DNA of 64,000 nucleotides, taken from contig CM052817.1 in NCBI GenBank assembly GCA_028534125.1, positions 13,642,001 through 13,706,000 of the forward strand. The letters are read 5' to 3'. The notes beneath the pieces were generated by a model that worked only from the letters and a program-made list of their open reading frames with translations, did not search any database and had not been told where the DNA came from. Shown here piece by piece: positions 14,570 to 25,369 of the stretch. Every line of letters begins with the position of its first letter. The stretch's first letter is position 1. The position numbers and the translations under genes are program-made. Source of the stretch: Lama glama (taxonomy: Eukaryota).

Positions 14570-15220
14570 TTGCCCTTGTCTCTCACCTGAATTGTTCCAG
14601 AAGTATAACTGGTACCTCTGCTTCCACTCTCTTACCTCTGGACTCATCTTCACCTACTCCAAGACTGGCCCACCTAAAACACTGGGCTGCCATACTGTTC
14701 ATTGCTCCCCCAAAGTTGAAGACTTTGTGTCAATGGCTCTTTATCGGTGATGGAACAAGTACCTCCTCTCGGCATGGCACCCCGGAGGCCCCTTCAGCCA
14801 CATTATTTCAACATTCTGATGCCCATGTGCTACAAGCCGCTGCGTTTCTTCACGAAAAGTACCCTCTGTCAGGGCTCAGAGTCACAATTCAAGCTCTTTG
14901 CTCAGCCTAGAATATTATTTCCCCATTCTGCCATCTGGGAACTCCTTACACCGTTAAGTCCTGTACAACTGTTTGTTTTTTTTTTTTTTCTCCATGAAGC
15001 CTTCCCTCGAGCCCTTTCCAGAATGTTCCACACCATCTGTGCCTCTACAGGCCATTTCTGGGCTTATGCCCAGTGGTTAATCTGTCTTGCTTGGTAATTA
15101 GTTTCCATTTCTAGAATGCAAGCTTCCTGAGGGTACATTCCTTTAATGTTCATCTTGTCCCTTCCCACCATTCCGGTCAATGCCTAACAGAGGACCCTGC
15201 ACACATTTTGAATCCAATAA
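14570..15220 (+). mobile_element. L2 relic
   Basis: tctcacctgaattgttcc...ctctgcttccactctc...ctagaatgcaagcttcctgagggtac: typical L2 3' region. Confidence 0.65.
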
Positions 15221-18200
15221 GACATAGATTATATGCAAAACTGTGAAATGATGAGATTAATCTTGTGCATATTCTTCCTCATTCCCTTTATTAATGAGTG
15301 GGTATTTGGAAAACCTCAAATCATTATATTAAAATCCCATTAGTCATTTTAATCCTCTTTACAAATTGCTTTTGCTTCCTGAACCTTGAATTTCAACTAA
15401 AAGAGAATTATTTTTTAAAATAAGGCTTTATTAAAATCAGAATCTAATCTAAGTGAGAGTAGAAATGTTTCTCTTTACCCTTTTCTATCTGTGGCTAATT
15501 CTCAATGGCCATTGTAGATGATAATAATAAGGTAACACTGCTTTGCCCTGACCCTAATACAGACACGCTCATTCAAACACTCAGACTACTTTCTAAGTTA
15601 ATCAATGCAGAGAGTCCTATTAGAGAAAATGCTCTACAGTGGCACCAGTGAAGAATCACTGCCCTCTGAAGACAGTATAAAAGTTCAGTGTTGCCTAAAA
15701 GAAGCTCACGATTCTGCTCTGGGCCTCATCTTTGCTTCTTTACCAAAAAGAAAAGCTAATTCTCTGGCCTTTCTCTCGGCCATATTTTCTAAGTGGTGCA
15801 ATTTCAGGGAAATGTTTTGCAATCTACATTGGAATAGCCCTTTTTGGCCTTTTTATCATTTGCAGGTACAAAGGATGAAGGACTTGATGATCTGATATTT
15901 TATGGCTTGCTCTGTAAATGATTTCTTTCTTATACTTCCACTTGGCTGGTGATCAAAAAGTCTAAGTTCTGTTTCTGCTTGGACACTGTCACAGTCTGAG
16001 AAAACATAGATAGGAGGCCGAGGCTAGAATTCCCATGATTTTATTGGGTCCCATTGTTGGATTCTACTCAGACTAGCTATTCATGGACATTGAATATGTT
16101 ACAGATGGTCAAAACTTGGTGCAAATCTGAGAAGGAAAGGGGCTCAGGAGACCACTTGGTTTGCTTTTGTTCTAACCCTGAGTCTCACGTGTGATAAAGC
16201 TGGTAGTCTGGTTTAGCTTGCTCACATGCCATGCTTGGGTCCTACACTTGGGTTGGGATCAAAGCCTTCCAGAAGCTGTGTAGGATACTGTGTAATCTTA
16301 TTTCCTATGAATGTATTTCCCTCAGCTATCTCATAGGATGTTAGTAGACAGTTCAGGAATTCAGGAAGTTCCCCATCTGTTTTCATTAACTCTCTTTCCC
16401 AATATTAGGGACGAGAAATAAATGAAAAGTGTGTTGCGATAGGAAAAGCACTTATGGGATTCGCAGTCTTTGCATTTGGTGCTGTCTCTGCTCCCAGTTA
16501 GTGCTGTTCTGGTAAGTCAGTTACCATCTCTGGGTTGCAGTTGGCTCCTACGTAAAATGAGACAGTTGGACTAGATCAGCTTTTTTAAACATATACTTCA
16601 GAACAAAAATGTGTTTTTCCCCATTTTTCTACTTGTCAAGTAAATATACCACATGCATGGTGGTAACCTGTATCTTTGTATTTTAGCACAACCAAGGCTT
16701 ACACACTGAATCAAACTTGGTACCTCTGCTTCCACTTTCTTACCTCTGGACTCATCTTCATCTACTCCAAGACAAGCTTATCGGACATTTTACATAACTT
16801 CTCTAAACGTATAGGCACACCACCGGTATATGTGTGTCTATGAAGACAGAGGTTCATATATGGTCATGGAGATTATCTGGATATGAACATGGATACCTGT
16901 CCCAAGAAAGACATTTCAGACTAGCTGAAAATTCTGTGATTTGAGTTGGGGCAATTAGGTTTACAATTCTGCTTTTTGTATTGTTGGAACTCAAATTTGA
17001 AGGTGTCTGAAAATCTTCAACTTTAAGTGACATAAGACAGAACTTAGAGAATAAAAGCTGAGTCATTTGCAGAGGTCTTTGGCAAACTTGGGACATTTGA
17101 CTTTAAACATTACCAACACTGGCAATAAAAGAACCATGTGCTCTCCTAGGGCCACGAAGGTTGACTTTCTCAAATATCCCCATGGTGGTTCTTCTTTCGA
17201 GACTGCTTCAGCTAGCTTTGAAATCAAGCCATCTTGAAGACAGCACATTGAAGTGGGGGGCTATGGTTCAACCAACTCCAGAGAATAAAAACTAATTTGG
17301 AGAAAAAATGAAACAGAGGCAAACTATTCAAGAGAAACCGAAATGATCTTATCTGTGTTTTGTTAAGACACCAATGGTGCATGAAGGCAGAAATCTCAAA
17401 ACAATGCAAAATGGTTGAGTAGCATTTGGAGAAATTTGTTTATATATTGTTTTCCTTCCAGGAAAAATGTAGGGTTAAATGAAATTACTCCCATAGTTAA
17501 ATAAAATTACTGCGTGATATGAGAAAAAGAAGAAACTATCTTCTGAGATTTTACTTAATCCTATTACAATATTATTCTCATGTGTGCCTCAGCAGAACTT
17601 GTCACAGATTGAGGATACTTCTAAAAAAGATATAAAGATTGGATGAGGACTTCGTATGTTCTCATACTGGTCTAAACAGTAGAACTTAATGAACTCACTT
17701 TTAGAAAGCAGAACTTACTGGAAGTAAGATACACTGACCATTATTAACGTATTAACAGAAACAACCTGTATATTGGATGTAGTTTGGGTGATGTCATAGC
17801 TATCAGGTCTTAGCCCCTTAACTCTGTTAGAAAGATTAGAAGCACGGGCAGGCAGGCTTAAATATTTTCATCATCTTTCTACATTACACACAAAGTGAGA
17901 AGTAAATATTCATAAAGAACTTGTCAGTAAGAGATCATATCCTTATCCAGAATGAATATTAGCAAGTGTCTCAGGAAATCCATTCTTTCACTTGAGAAGA
18001 AAGAAGAGCTTGGATATAGAATTGATATCAAATAATTAGGGTTAAATAATTCAAAGCATGCTATTTCAGTAGAAAAATTATTTCATTATGTGTGTATATA
18101 ATATATATCAAGCTATTAAAGGAAATTTAATTAATTTTTTTAAAACTCTCTAATCTTTGAATAATAGAATTGATTTGGGTAGTAAAATTTATATTAGACA

Positions 18201-18824
18201 GATAAAATACTGGTAACAGCAATGCTGTCTTATGCTTATATGGGTTTTCACTCAAGATAAATGAACAGAGTGGCTCATTGGGAAATGTAAATGAAACACT
18301 TTTGCAAATTAAGTGTTCAAAACACATTTTTGCTAAGCATTCATCAACTCAATTTTAAATCAAAAGTTTACCAATTATATGTCATAATCAATAACTCAGC
18401 TCCACCTCCACACCTCCTAACTAATGAGGCAGGCACATATTCCCCTTACAAGTCAGGGCCCCCCTCCAGAGGATGGAATTACTAATGGCACTAAGGCGTG
18501 GTAGCCAACATGAAACTTGACAAGCAAAACAGCACCCTGTAATATCTCTCCACGGCATGGAATCCTAACTTCCCGCCTTGAAAATGTGTTTAACCCGTAT
18601 CACCTCAAATAGGCTTCAAATAGAAAGAGAACAGCACAATATCCCTTCCTTCCCAATGTCAAATATCTGAGTAAACAGCAATGAACTGCCCCGTGCTAGA
18701 CGGCTCCATGTCAAGCATGCATATTTTAAAACTTTTACTTTGCGTGTTAAGCCTCCTCAACTTCTACAGCGTCTGTATCCGGTTCTGAACCAGACCTGAC
18801 CAACGGCACAGATGGGAGCGACCA

Positions 18825-18833
18825 CTTTACCTT
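18825..18833 (-). other. KCNIP4: 5' splice donor AAG|GTAAAG ending the exon
   Basis: Plus strand ctttac|ctt at 18825-18833. Similarity to KChIP4 stops exactly here; the read-through tail GKVVAPICAV... is not KChIP-like. Confidence 0.85.
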
Positions 18834-18942
18834 CCGAAAAATCAATCAGTCCCAGCAAATGAAGCAGCTTCAGAGACGCACATATAATCACAACAATACC
18901 CACTGTCTGCAGTCCTTCCGACTCCCACTCGAGAGTCAACAT
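18831..18942 (-). CDS. KCNIP4: Alternative first coding exon of Kv channel-interacting protein 4 (KChIP4e-type hydrophobic/transmembrane N-terminus): 37 codons + 1 nt, MLTLEWESEGLQTVGIVVIICASLKLLHLLGLIDFSE|G
   Basis: Seen: ATG at 18942-18940 (context GAAGG-ATG-T, A at -3) and an in-frame TGA two codons upstream (18948-18946), so this is a true start rather than an internal exon. Donor GAAG|GTAAAG at 18831/18830, phase 1; the exon lies in a CpG island. Knowledge: the peptide matches my memory of the KChIP4e N-terminus, and phase 1 fits joining to the common core beginning (D)SVEDELEM. A paralogous KCNIP1 exon (MLTQGESEGLQTLGIVVVLC...) is similar but distinct. Confidence 0.87.
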
Positions 18943-21900
18943 CCTTCAGGCTGGTAGCGCATCCCAGCCTCCGAACCCCTTCGGAGTGGAGGGAGTTAAT
19001 TAGAATCCGAGCAATATCTGGCTTGGAACAAAGACTCGCGAGGGGGAAAAGTGAGCAGCTCCTCGAAGATGTACCGGGCAAAGCAGTGGCTCCCCGGGGC
19101 GAGGACCGACCTGGGCTGAAGTGCAGGCTCTCATACTGATGCTGCCATTTGCCCGGTGGGGGTCCCTCAACCGCAGCGCGCCGACCTCGGCACTCTGCGC
19201 TGCAGCCAGCGAGTACTCGGACTTAGAGCTGCAGGGGAAACATCTGTTGGAGAACTGGAGACTTTGCTGTGTCCGTGGAGAGGAGGGACACTCCCAGGAA
19301 ACTTGCCCTGGAGAGCACAGCGGCGCTCGGCGCGCTGACAACGCAACCCCGGGCTCGGCAGTGCGGGCTGCTGGCTAGTTTGCCGCCCGGGAAGCTCGCG
19401 AATGTCCCCTTTTCGCCACAGCAGCTGCTCTCTCCTCCCAGAGCCTGCTCCGCGAAACAGCTCAACCTGCTCGCTCTCGGGATGCTAGGGAAAAATCAAT
19501 TTTGGTGGCTGGTGCCTATCGCGCCTTTAAAAACGCCTCTGTGGAAGCCCATAGGCAGCTTTTCTAGGGAGAAAAGTGCAGAAGCAAAATATCCATGATG
19601 CAATGGCTTTTTCAAGCGGGAGCATCCAAGCCATCGCCCACCTGCCGCTCCACTGGGGCTGTTCTGGTCCCCGCTGGTACCTGATTGAGAGCATTATTAG
19701 GGAGATTGATTTAGTTCTTATATTTACAAACATGGAAGGAGGGTGGGGCAGAGCCAGTCCTTGTAAGAACATTGCTGTTCAGTAACTGCCCCCTGGAGGG
19801 TGAGCGGTACTAATACCCTTAAATTCTTGCTTAAGCCTGTCTCAAAAGAAAGTTTCACAAACTTCCATGATGATAAAAATCACCTGGGGTGCTTATTAAA
19901 AACACTCTTTTGTGGACAGTCTGATTCAGAGGATTCTGGAGTTTGTATTCTTAAATTAGAAGGTTCTTATCAGGAAAGCATGGATGGCGCTGTTCTGAAA
20001 GATTGCAGGGGGCGTTCAGTTCAGAACCAAATGGAGCAGCCTGGGCCGCCTTGCTGGAACGGTCACGGATTCTGGGCTATGCCAGGATCACACTGGCTTA
20101 ATTACTCTGCCAGTTGTCTCTGCTGTGCTGAAGAGTGGTGGTGAAAACCATCAACTAGAACCCTGTATGCAAAGGGATTTTTAGTCTCTGGAATTCACTA
20201 AAAAACGTAAGGGCTTACGAGTAATGTCTGAGACCCCAGTGGGTACTTCCTGGTTCTGCTACTTCCTTGCTGTGCTATTTTTCTTTTTTTTTTTCTTTTT
20301 TGAGAGACACTTAACCATTCTGAAAACAGTTCTTACTTTGTGAAATTGTGATTATGCTTCAATGCTTTAATTAAAGGTCTCCATCTGAAGGGAATTCTGG
20401 GAACTAAGAGTAGTTGTAACAACAGTTAACATTTTCTGAGCACTTACCAAGTGCTCATCAATGTTAGAGCGATTTATCAACAATTAACTTACTCCCACAG
20501 CTCTGTGTGATAGGAATTATGGTCATCTTCATTTTATAAGAGAGGAAACTGAAGCACAAAGAGGTCAACTTGTCAAAGCTGCTGCCACAGTGCTTGGTAG
20601 GCATTGAAAATTCATTCTTTCATTCAGTTATTCTCTAACATTTATTATGATAAAATGGGAAATAATGTTCAAACCTATCCTTTAGGGAGTTATAGGTTAA
20701 TAGAGGAGGCAGGCATGAATTCAAATGTGACCAATAAATGCACCAACACTTGAGATGTCTTTGAGGGTACAATGGAAGCACAAGAAGGGAAAGTCAGCTC
20801 CACCTGGGGAAAGGTGGGTGGTGGCAACGGGAAGGAGACCTCATAGAGGTGACCATCAGTAATGGTAGCTGGCATTGTCAGTAGGACTACTATGTCATAC
20901 ACAAGTTTCAGGGCAGGTAGACTTGGGGTAAGTCCTGGTTCTGTCAATTGCTTGTTTTGTGAGCTAGGGAAACCACTCCATCTCTGATTCTCATTTTTCT
21001 AAACTCAAGATGGGAATGCAGCTGCCTTCTTCTCACGGTAGATGTGAGAGGTAACTGAGATTGTGGAGGGCCGAGCCCAGTCCCGGGTGTTGCCCTGCTC
21101 GGCACAGGGTAGTTTTGGGATCATGACAGAGGCTCTGCTGAGTCTAGAAGGATGATGTGACTTTGCTCTTCTCTAGTCCTGCTACTCCTCCCTGCTCCCA
21201 GAGCTCATTCCAGTCTTCTCCCCATGAAGATTTCCTTATTACCCCGCCCACAGGGCTATTTTTCTCCTCTGGACACCAGGAATATACTTAGGTCATCAAG
21301 TTGGCTCTTAAAATGGTGCTTTTCATTTTGGATAATATGTTTATGGGAGACATCCTTCTATCAATCTGCCCACGCATCTATTCATCTAAACATGTTGTTT
21401 TCAGCTGTGTCACCTAGCCAGCTATGGGGAAGCAGTTCTCAGTAGTTCATGGGGAAATAAATGTTTCAAGTAACCATTCTCTGAAATCCCCATCAACATA
21501 TAACTATAGGAAGTCAAAAGTTAAAAAAAAAGTTACAGAAATGAATTAGGTCAGGTCTACTGTGACTGTCTTTTTTTAATCCTACGCAATACCATATTAC
21601 TGAAAACAACTACGATACAGAGAGGTTAAGTGACTTGGCCAAGGTCACGCAGTGAGAAAGTAATAAATAGATCCAGATTTCAAACATCCCTTTGTCTGAC
21701 TCCCAGATTTATTCTTCTCCCTCTATGCTTCTCAGCAGATTTCAGCAAATATTTGTCAACTGAACTTTTGATTTATAGAGTTAAGGCAAAGTATTTTAAA
21801 ATTGCCACATCCCATTTTCCAGGAAAGAAATCCCGACCATCCTTGAAAATCACATAAAGACCCAAGGATATGGTTTTATTGATTCCAGGCAGAACAATGG

Positions 21901-22433
21901 GATTCTCAGCGTAGGATCCACCAGCTGAAGAGTCCCGAGACAAGCCCTTTCCTGTCTACATTAGCTACCTTTACCTTTTGGTTTTCTGAGCTTCTCCTGG
22001 TGGCTCCAGCTATAAGATCTTCCAGCTCTCAAAGAACACCATGGACTCTTTCATGTGCAGACCCCAGAGTAGGATTTTGTAAGGTAATAACCCCATCACA
22101 GAGATGCATACTTCATCTGAGAAGTCTAGGGGAATGGGGAACACCTGGACAAGAGTGTTTTCCTAGGGGCATTTTGGGAAAGAATAATTGGCTGAATATT
22201 CTTTTTTTTCAAAAAAAACTTCCTGTTTAGGCTCTATCATTTTGTTGCAGTAATTTGCTAGCCCCAACCCAGTTTGTTATATTAAAATATGCTCTGATTT
22301 TCTCCTCATTCCCAGGCTCACCCCCTTCTTTACATGTTAAGGGGTGTCCAGCAAAAGGAAAGAAATATCAAAGGAATAAGCTACCCCTTCTCTCCTGCTG
22401 ACTCTAAGCCAGGCACCACGCTATGTGCTTTAC

Positions 22434-22933
22434 NNNNNNNNNNNNNNNNNNNNNNNNNNNNNNNNNNNNNNNNNNNNNNNNNNNNNNNNNNNNNNNNNNN
22501 NNNNNNNNNNNNNNNNNNNNNNNNNNNNNNNNNNNNNNNNNNNNNNNNNNNNNNNNNNNNNNNNNNNNNNNNNNNNNNNNNNNNNNNNNNNNNNNNNNNN
22601 NNNNNNNNNNNNNNNNNNNNNNNNNNNNNNNNNNNNNNNNNNNNNNNNNNNNNNNNNNNNNNNNNNNNNNNNNNNNNNNNNNNNNNNNNNNNNNNNNNNN
22701 NNNNNNNNNNNNNNNNNNNNNNNNNNNNNNNNNNNNNNNNNNNNNNNNNNNNNNNNNNNNNNNNNNNNNNNNNNNNNNNNNNNNNNNNNNNNNNNNNNNN
22801 NNNNNNNNNNNNNNNNNNNNNNNNNNNNNNNNNNNNNNNNNNNNNNNNNNNNNNNNNNNNNNNNNNNNNNNNNNNNNNNNNNNNNNNNNNNNNNNNNNNN
22901 NNNNNNNNNNNNNNNNNNNNNNNNNNNNNNNNN
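22434..22933. other. Assembly gap (exactly 500 N)
   Basis: N run. Confidence 1.
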
Positions 22934-23437
22934 AAATTTTCACATACTGAGTACAGGAGAAGCCATTTTGGTTTTATGTGGTTCAGCCTGAACTTTATGT
23001 GAGCCATGTGAGTTTGCAGGGCCTGATTTACGGCCTATCAAACATACACTGTACATCTGCTTTACTCATTAAAGGAAAGATAGTCAAATCCCAAGGTAAA
23101 GAATGCTCACAGTGAAGATACAGATCATTGCTTCTCTTCCTGCGATGCCAATATTAATGCTTCTTGTCCCCTTCCCAGATGCCAGGATCATGCTGCCCCA
23201 TTGTGTAATGCTAATCTGTAATTGAACCTCTCCGTTGAATTTTTGAAAGAATAACCCCTTCCGTGCTTGATGTGTATTCTTTGTTCTAGCCAGGTGTAAG
23301 ACTATGCTAAAAACCATGCTTCAGTGGAGCAATTTCTCAGAGCTGAGAGGCTATTTCCTGGGCTACAGTCTTCAGCTTGGCTTGAATAAAACTTTCTTAA
23401 TCTTAGCTATAAACTGGTTATTGAGTTTCCATCAACA
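22934..23437 (+). repeat. 5' LTR of the ERV (first ~17 bp lost in the N gap)
   Basis: Aligns end to end with 27114-27616; AATAAA at 23385-23390; ends ...catcaaCA. Confidence 0.9.
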
Positions 23438-23442
23438 CTGCT

Positions 23443-23460
23443 TGGCAGAGCAGACAGGAT
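23443..23460 (+). other. Degenerate primer-binding site, tRNA-Ser-like
   Basis: TGGCAGAGCAGACAGGAT starts 6 nt after the LTR and resembles the tRNA-Ser complement TGGCGTAGTCGGCAGGAT at both ends; the middle has diverged. Confidence 0.5.
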
Positions 23461-24234
23461 GTCAGAGAAATCCACCTGAGGTCACCTGGAATCTACTTTG
23501 GACTGGCACTTGGTACCAACACAGGCTCCTGGCTTCTCAGATTTCTCCTTGTGCTTTGGTGAATTCTTCTGATATCCAGACCTCATTGCTTTGATATCTT
23601 TGACAAAATCCTGCAAATCACATTCTAAATGAAGTTCTTTTGACCTCTAGCTAACTTTGGGATGCTTCAGAGGGCCGCTAGACATCTCAAAGAGAGATAT
23701 TAAACTAATTAGGCTTATTTGGAAGGTTACATTATATGGGAAACGTTGTCAAATGAGTGGTGATGCATCTTCTTAGGTTATACTAGATGGGTAAATGTTA
23801 TTAATATAAACGTTCTATAAATTATATAAAGTTCCTAAAATTTGAAATGTCCTGGTATGTTATCAGTCATAATTCTAGTTGTTATCTTAAAATGGTGTAT
23901 GTCACAGAAATAGCCAGATTTCCTAAATAATTGCATTGTAGGCAGGTCTTTAACCATGCACTTTAAGATTTTGTAATTTATAGTCATTGTCTTACTCATA
24001 AAATGCTTATAGATGACTTGCTTTTATGCTCCAAAACTAAATTAGACTAGGATTAGCAAAGGATTTCCACCCTGTGTGAGGACTGTTTCAGCAGTGGCTC
24101 TCATGTAAAGCTACTGAAGAAATAGCAATGGGGTCTCCTTTAACTGTTTATGTCTTTTACTCAGTTTGCTTCCAGCACCACAGGAAGAAAACAACCAGGA
24201 CTGTATTTTTATTAACAGTTTATTTTCTTGCTTC

Positions 24235-24700
24235 TAGGAATAACTTACAAGAAGTTCCTATTGATAATGCTGAACTAATTTTATTTATGGATGGGTCCTA
24301 CTTAAAGGATGACCAGGGACATTACCGAGCTGGAAATGTGATAATGTCCACAGTAAATATAATCAAAGGCTCTTATTTACCAGAAACAAACTCAGCACAA
24401 CAAGCTGAATTAATTATCTTAACCCAAGCTTGTCAACTAACTGAAGACCAGATAGTGAATGTTTATACTGGCAGTCACTATCTTTTTGGAGTGGTACATG
24501 ACTTTGGAATGCTATGGAAACAATGAGATTTTTAACCTCTTTCAGGAAAACCTAAAAATGGAAACCAGATTGCCAAGTTATTAATTGTTACCACTGCTGA
24601 AACAGTTAGCAATTACTGAAACACCAGGGCATTCCAAATCTGACACTTTGGAAGCTAAAGGAAATTAGTTTGGTGATGCTGCAGCCAAACAGGCAGCTTT
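24235..24700 (+). pseudogene. ERV pol remnant, RNase H domain
   Basis: LQEVPIDNAELILFMDGSY...SAQQAELIILTQAC...VNVYTGSHYLFGVVHDFGMLWKQ* and later GHSKSDTLEAKGN*FGDAAAKQAA are retroviral RNase H motifs, with stops and frameshifts. Confidence 0.9.
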
Positions 24701-24779
24701 AAATACTCATCCTGTCCAGCCTAGAGAATGTCTCTGTTAACCTTGCTAACCCAGTAAAAGATTTCCTTCTACAGGCAAA

Positions 24780-25330
24780 AGAAATTGCCATTAAAGAAGA
24801 GAAAAATGTGTGGCAACAAAAAGGGGGAATTTTTTGCCTCATCACACAAATACAATTTGGACTTAATAAAAAGCCTATGGTGTCTGTTGGAGAACAATTG
24901 CTGTTACTCCAACATGTACATTCTTTAACTCATTTGGCATCTGAAAAAAATCGTTTTATGAGAAAACAATATTTTGGAAACTTCCACCCATATCTGTTTC
25001 AAGGGAGATATATTACATTATTTTCAGGGTCTTATTAAGGCACTTAAAAGAAATTAAAAAAACTGGTAGTTAACTCTAGTTTTAGTGAGTTCTCAGGAGA
25101 CAGAAACCTTAAGGACTGTGGATTACAACCTGGAGATTTTGTTCACTGGAAAAAAAAAAACATCAAATAAAAGATTATTTGCAGCCACAACAGAAAGGAC
25201 CTTATCAGGTATTATTGATTAATCCATGCACAGCCAAACTGAAAGGCATACATTCATGGATTCACATGTCTCATTTAAAAAAGGTTCCTCCATCTAATTG
25301 GACTCTGGCATTTGTTTCTGATACATGTAT
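24780..25330 (+). pseudogene. ERV pol remnant, integrase N- and C-terminal pieces (catalytic core apparently deleted)
   Basis: LLQHVHSLTHL (HHCC start) is followed closely by LQPGDFVHWK...KGPYQVLLINPCTAKLKGIHSWIHMSHLKK (GPY/F motif). No DDE core was recognised between them. Confidence 0.85.
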
Positions 25331-25369
25331 TAAACTGACCAAGACAGGTATCGACAAACCAGGATGAGA

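Larger units (their letters stand above)
1..18830 (-). other. KCNIP4: Intron downstream of the KCNIP4 alternative first exon; no further exon recognised
   Basis: Inference from the donor site. No EF-hand or KChIP core peptide appears in the ORF track; the region is mostly repeat relics. Confidence 0.7.
18760..19680 (-). promoter_or_regulatory. KCNIP4: CpG island / promoter and 5' UTR of the KCNIP4 alternative first exon
   Basis: Only non-repeat GC- and CpG-rich block in the window (e.g. cggcgctcggcgcgc at 19321-19335), overlapping the start codon. TATA-like TTTTTAAA on the minus strand at 19533-19526. The TSS itself cannot be fixed from sequence. Confidence 0.75.

Noticed and set aside
14440..15097. 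156-aa and 116-aa plus-strand ORFs
   Set aside because: They lie largely in an L2 relic, show no homology I recognise, and have no splice or promoter support.
18757..18830. Last 24 residues of the 61-aa ORF 18757..18942
   Set aside because: Read-through into the intron past a good GT donor; not KChIP-like.
19265..19325. Partial REST/RE1-like half sites (CCACGGACA on minus, GGAGAGCAC on plus)
   Set aside because: The left half TCAGCACC is missing in both; the match is too weak to call.
19000..19785. Cluster of overlapping 60-113 aa ORFs on both strands in the CpG island
   Set aside because: Expected from stop-codon scarcity in GC-rich DNA; most begin at non-ATG codons and none resembles a known protein.
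22334..23007. Five 175-222 aa ORFs across the first gap
   Set aside because: Artefacts of translating through 500 N.
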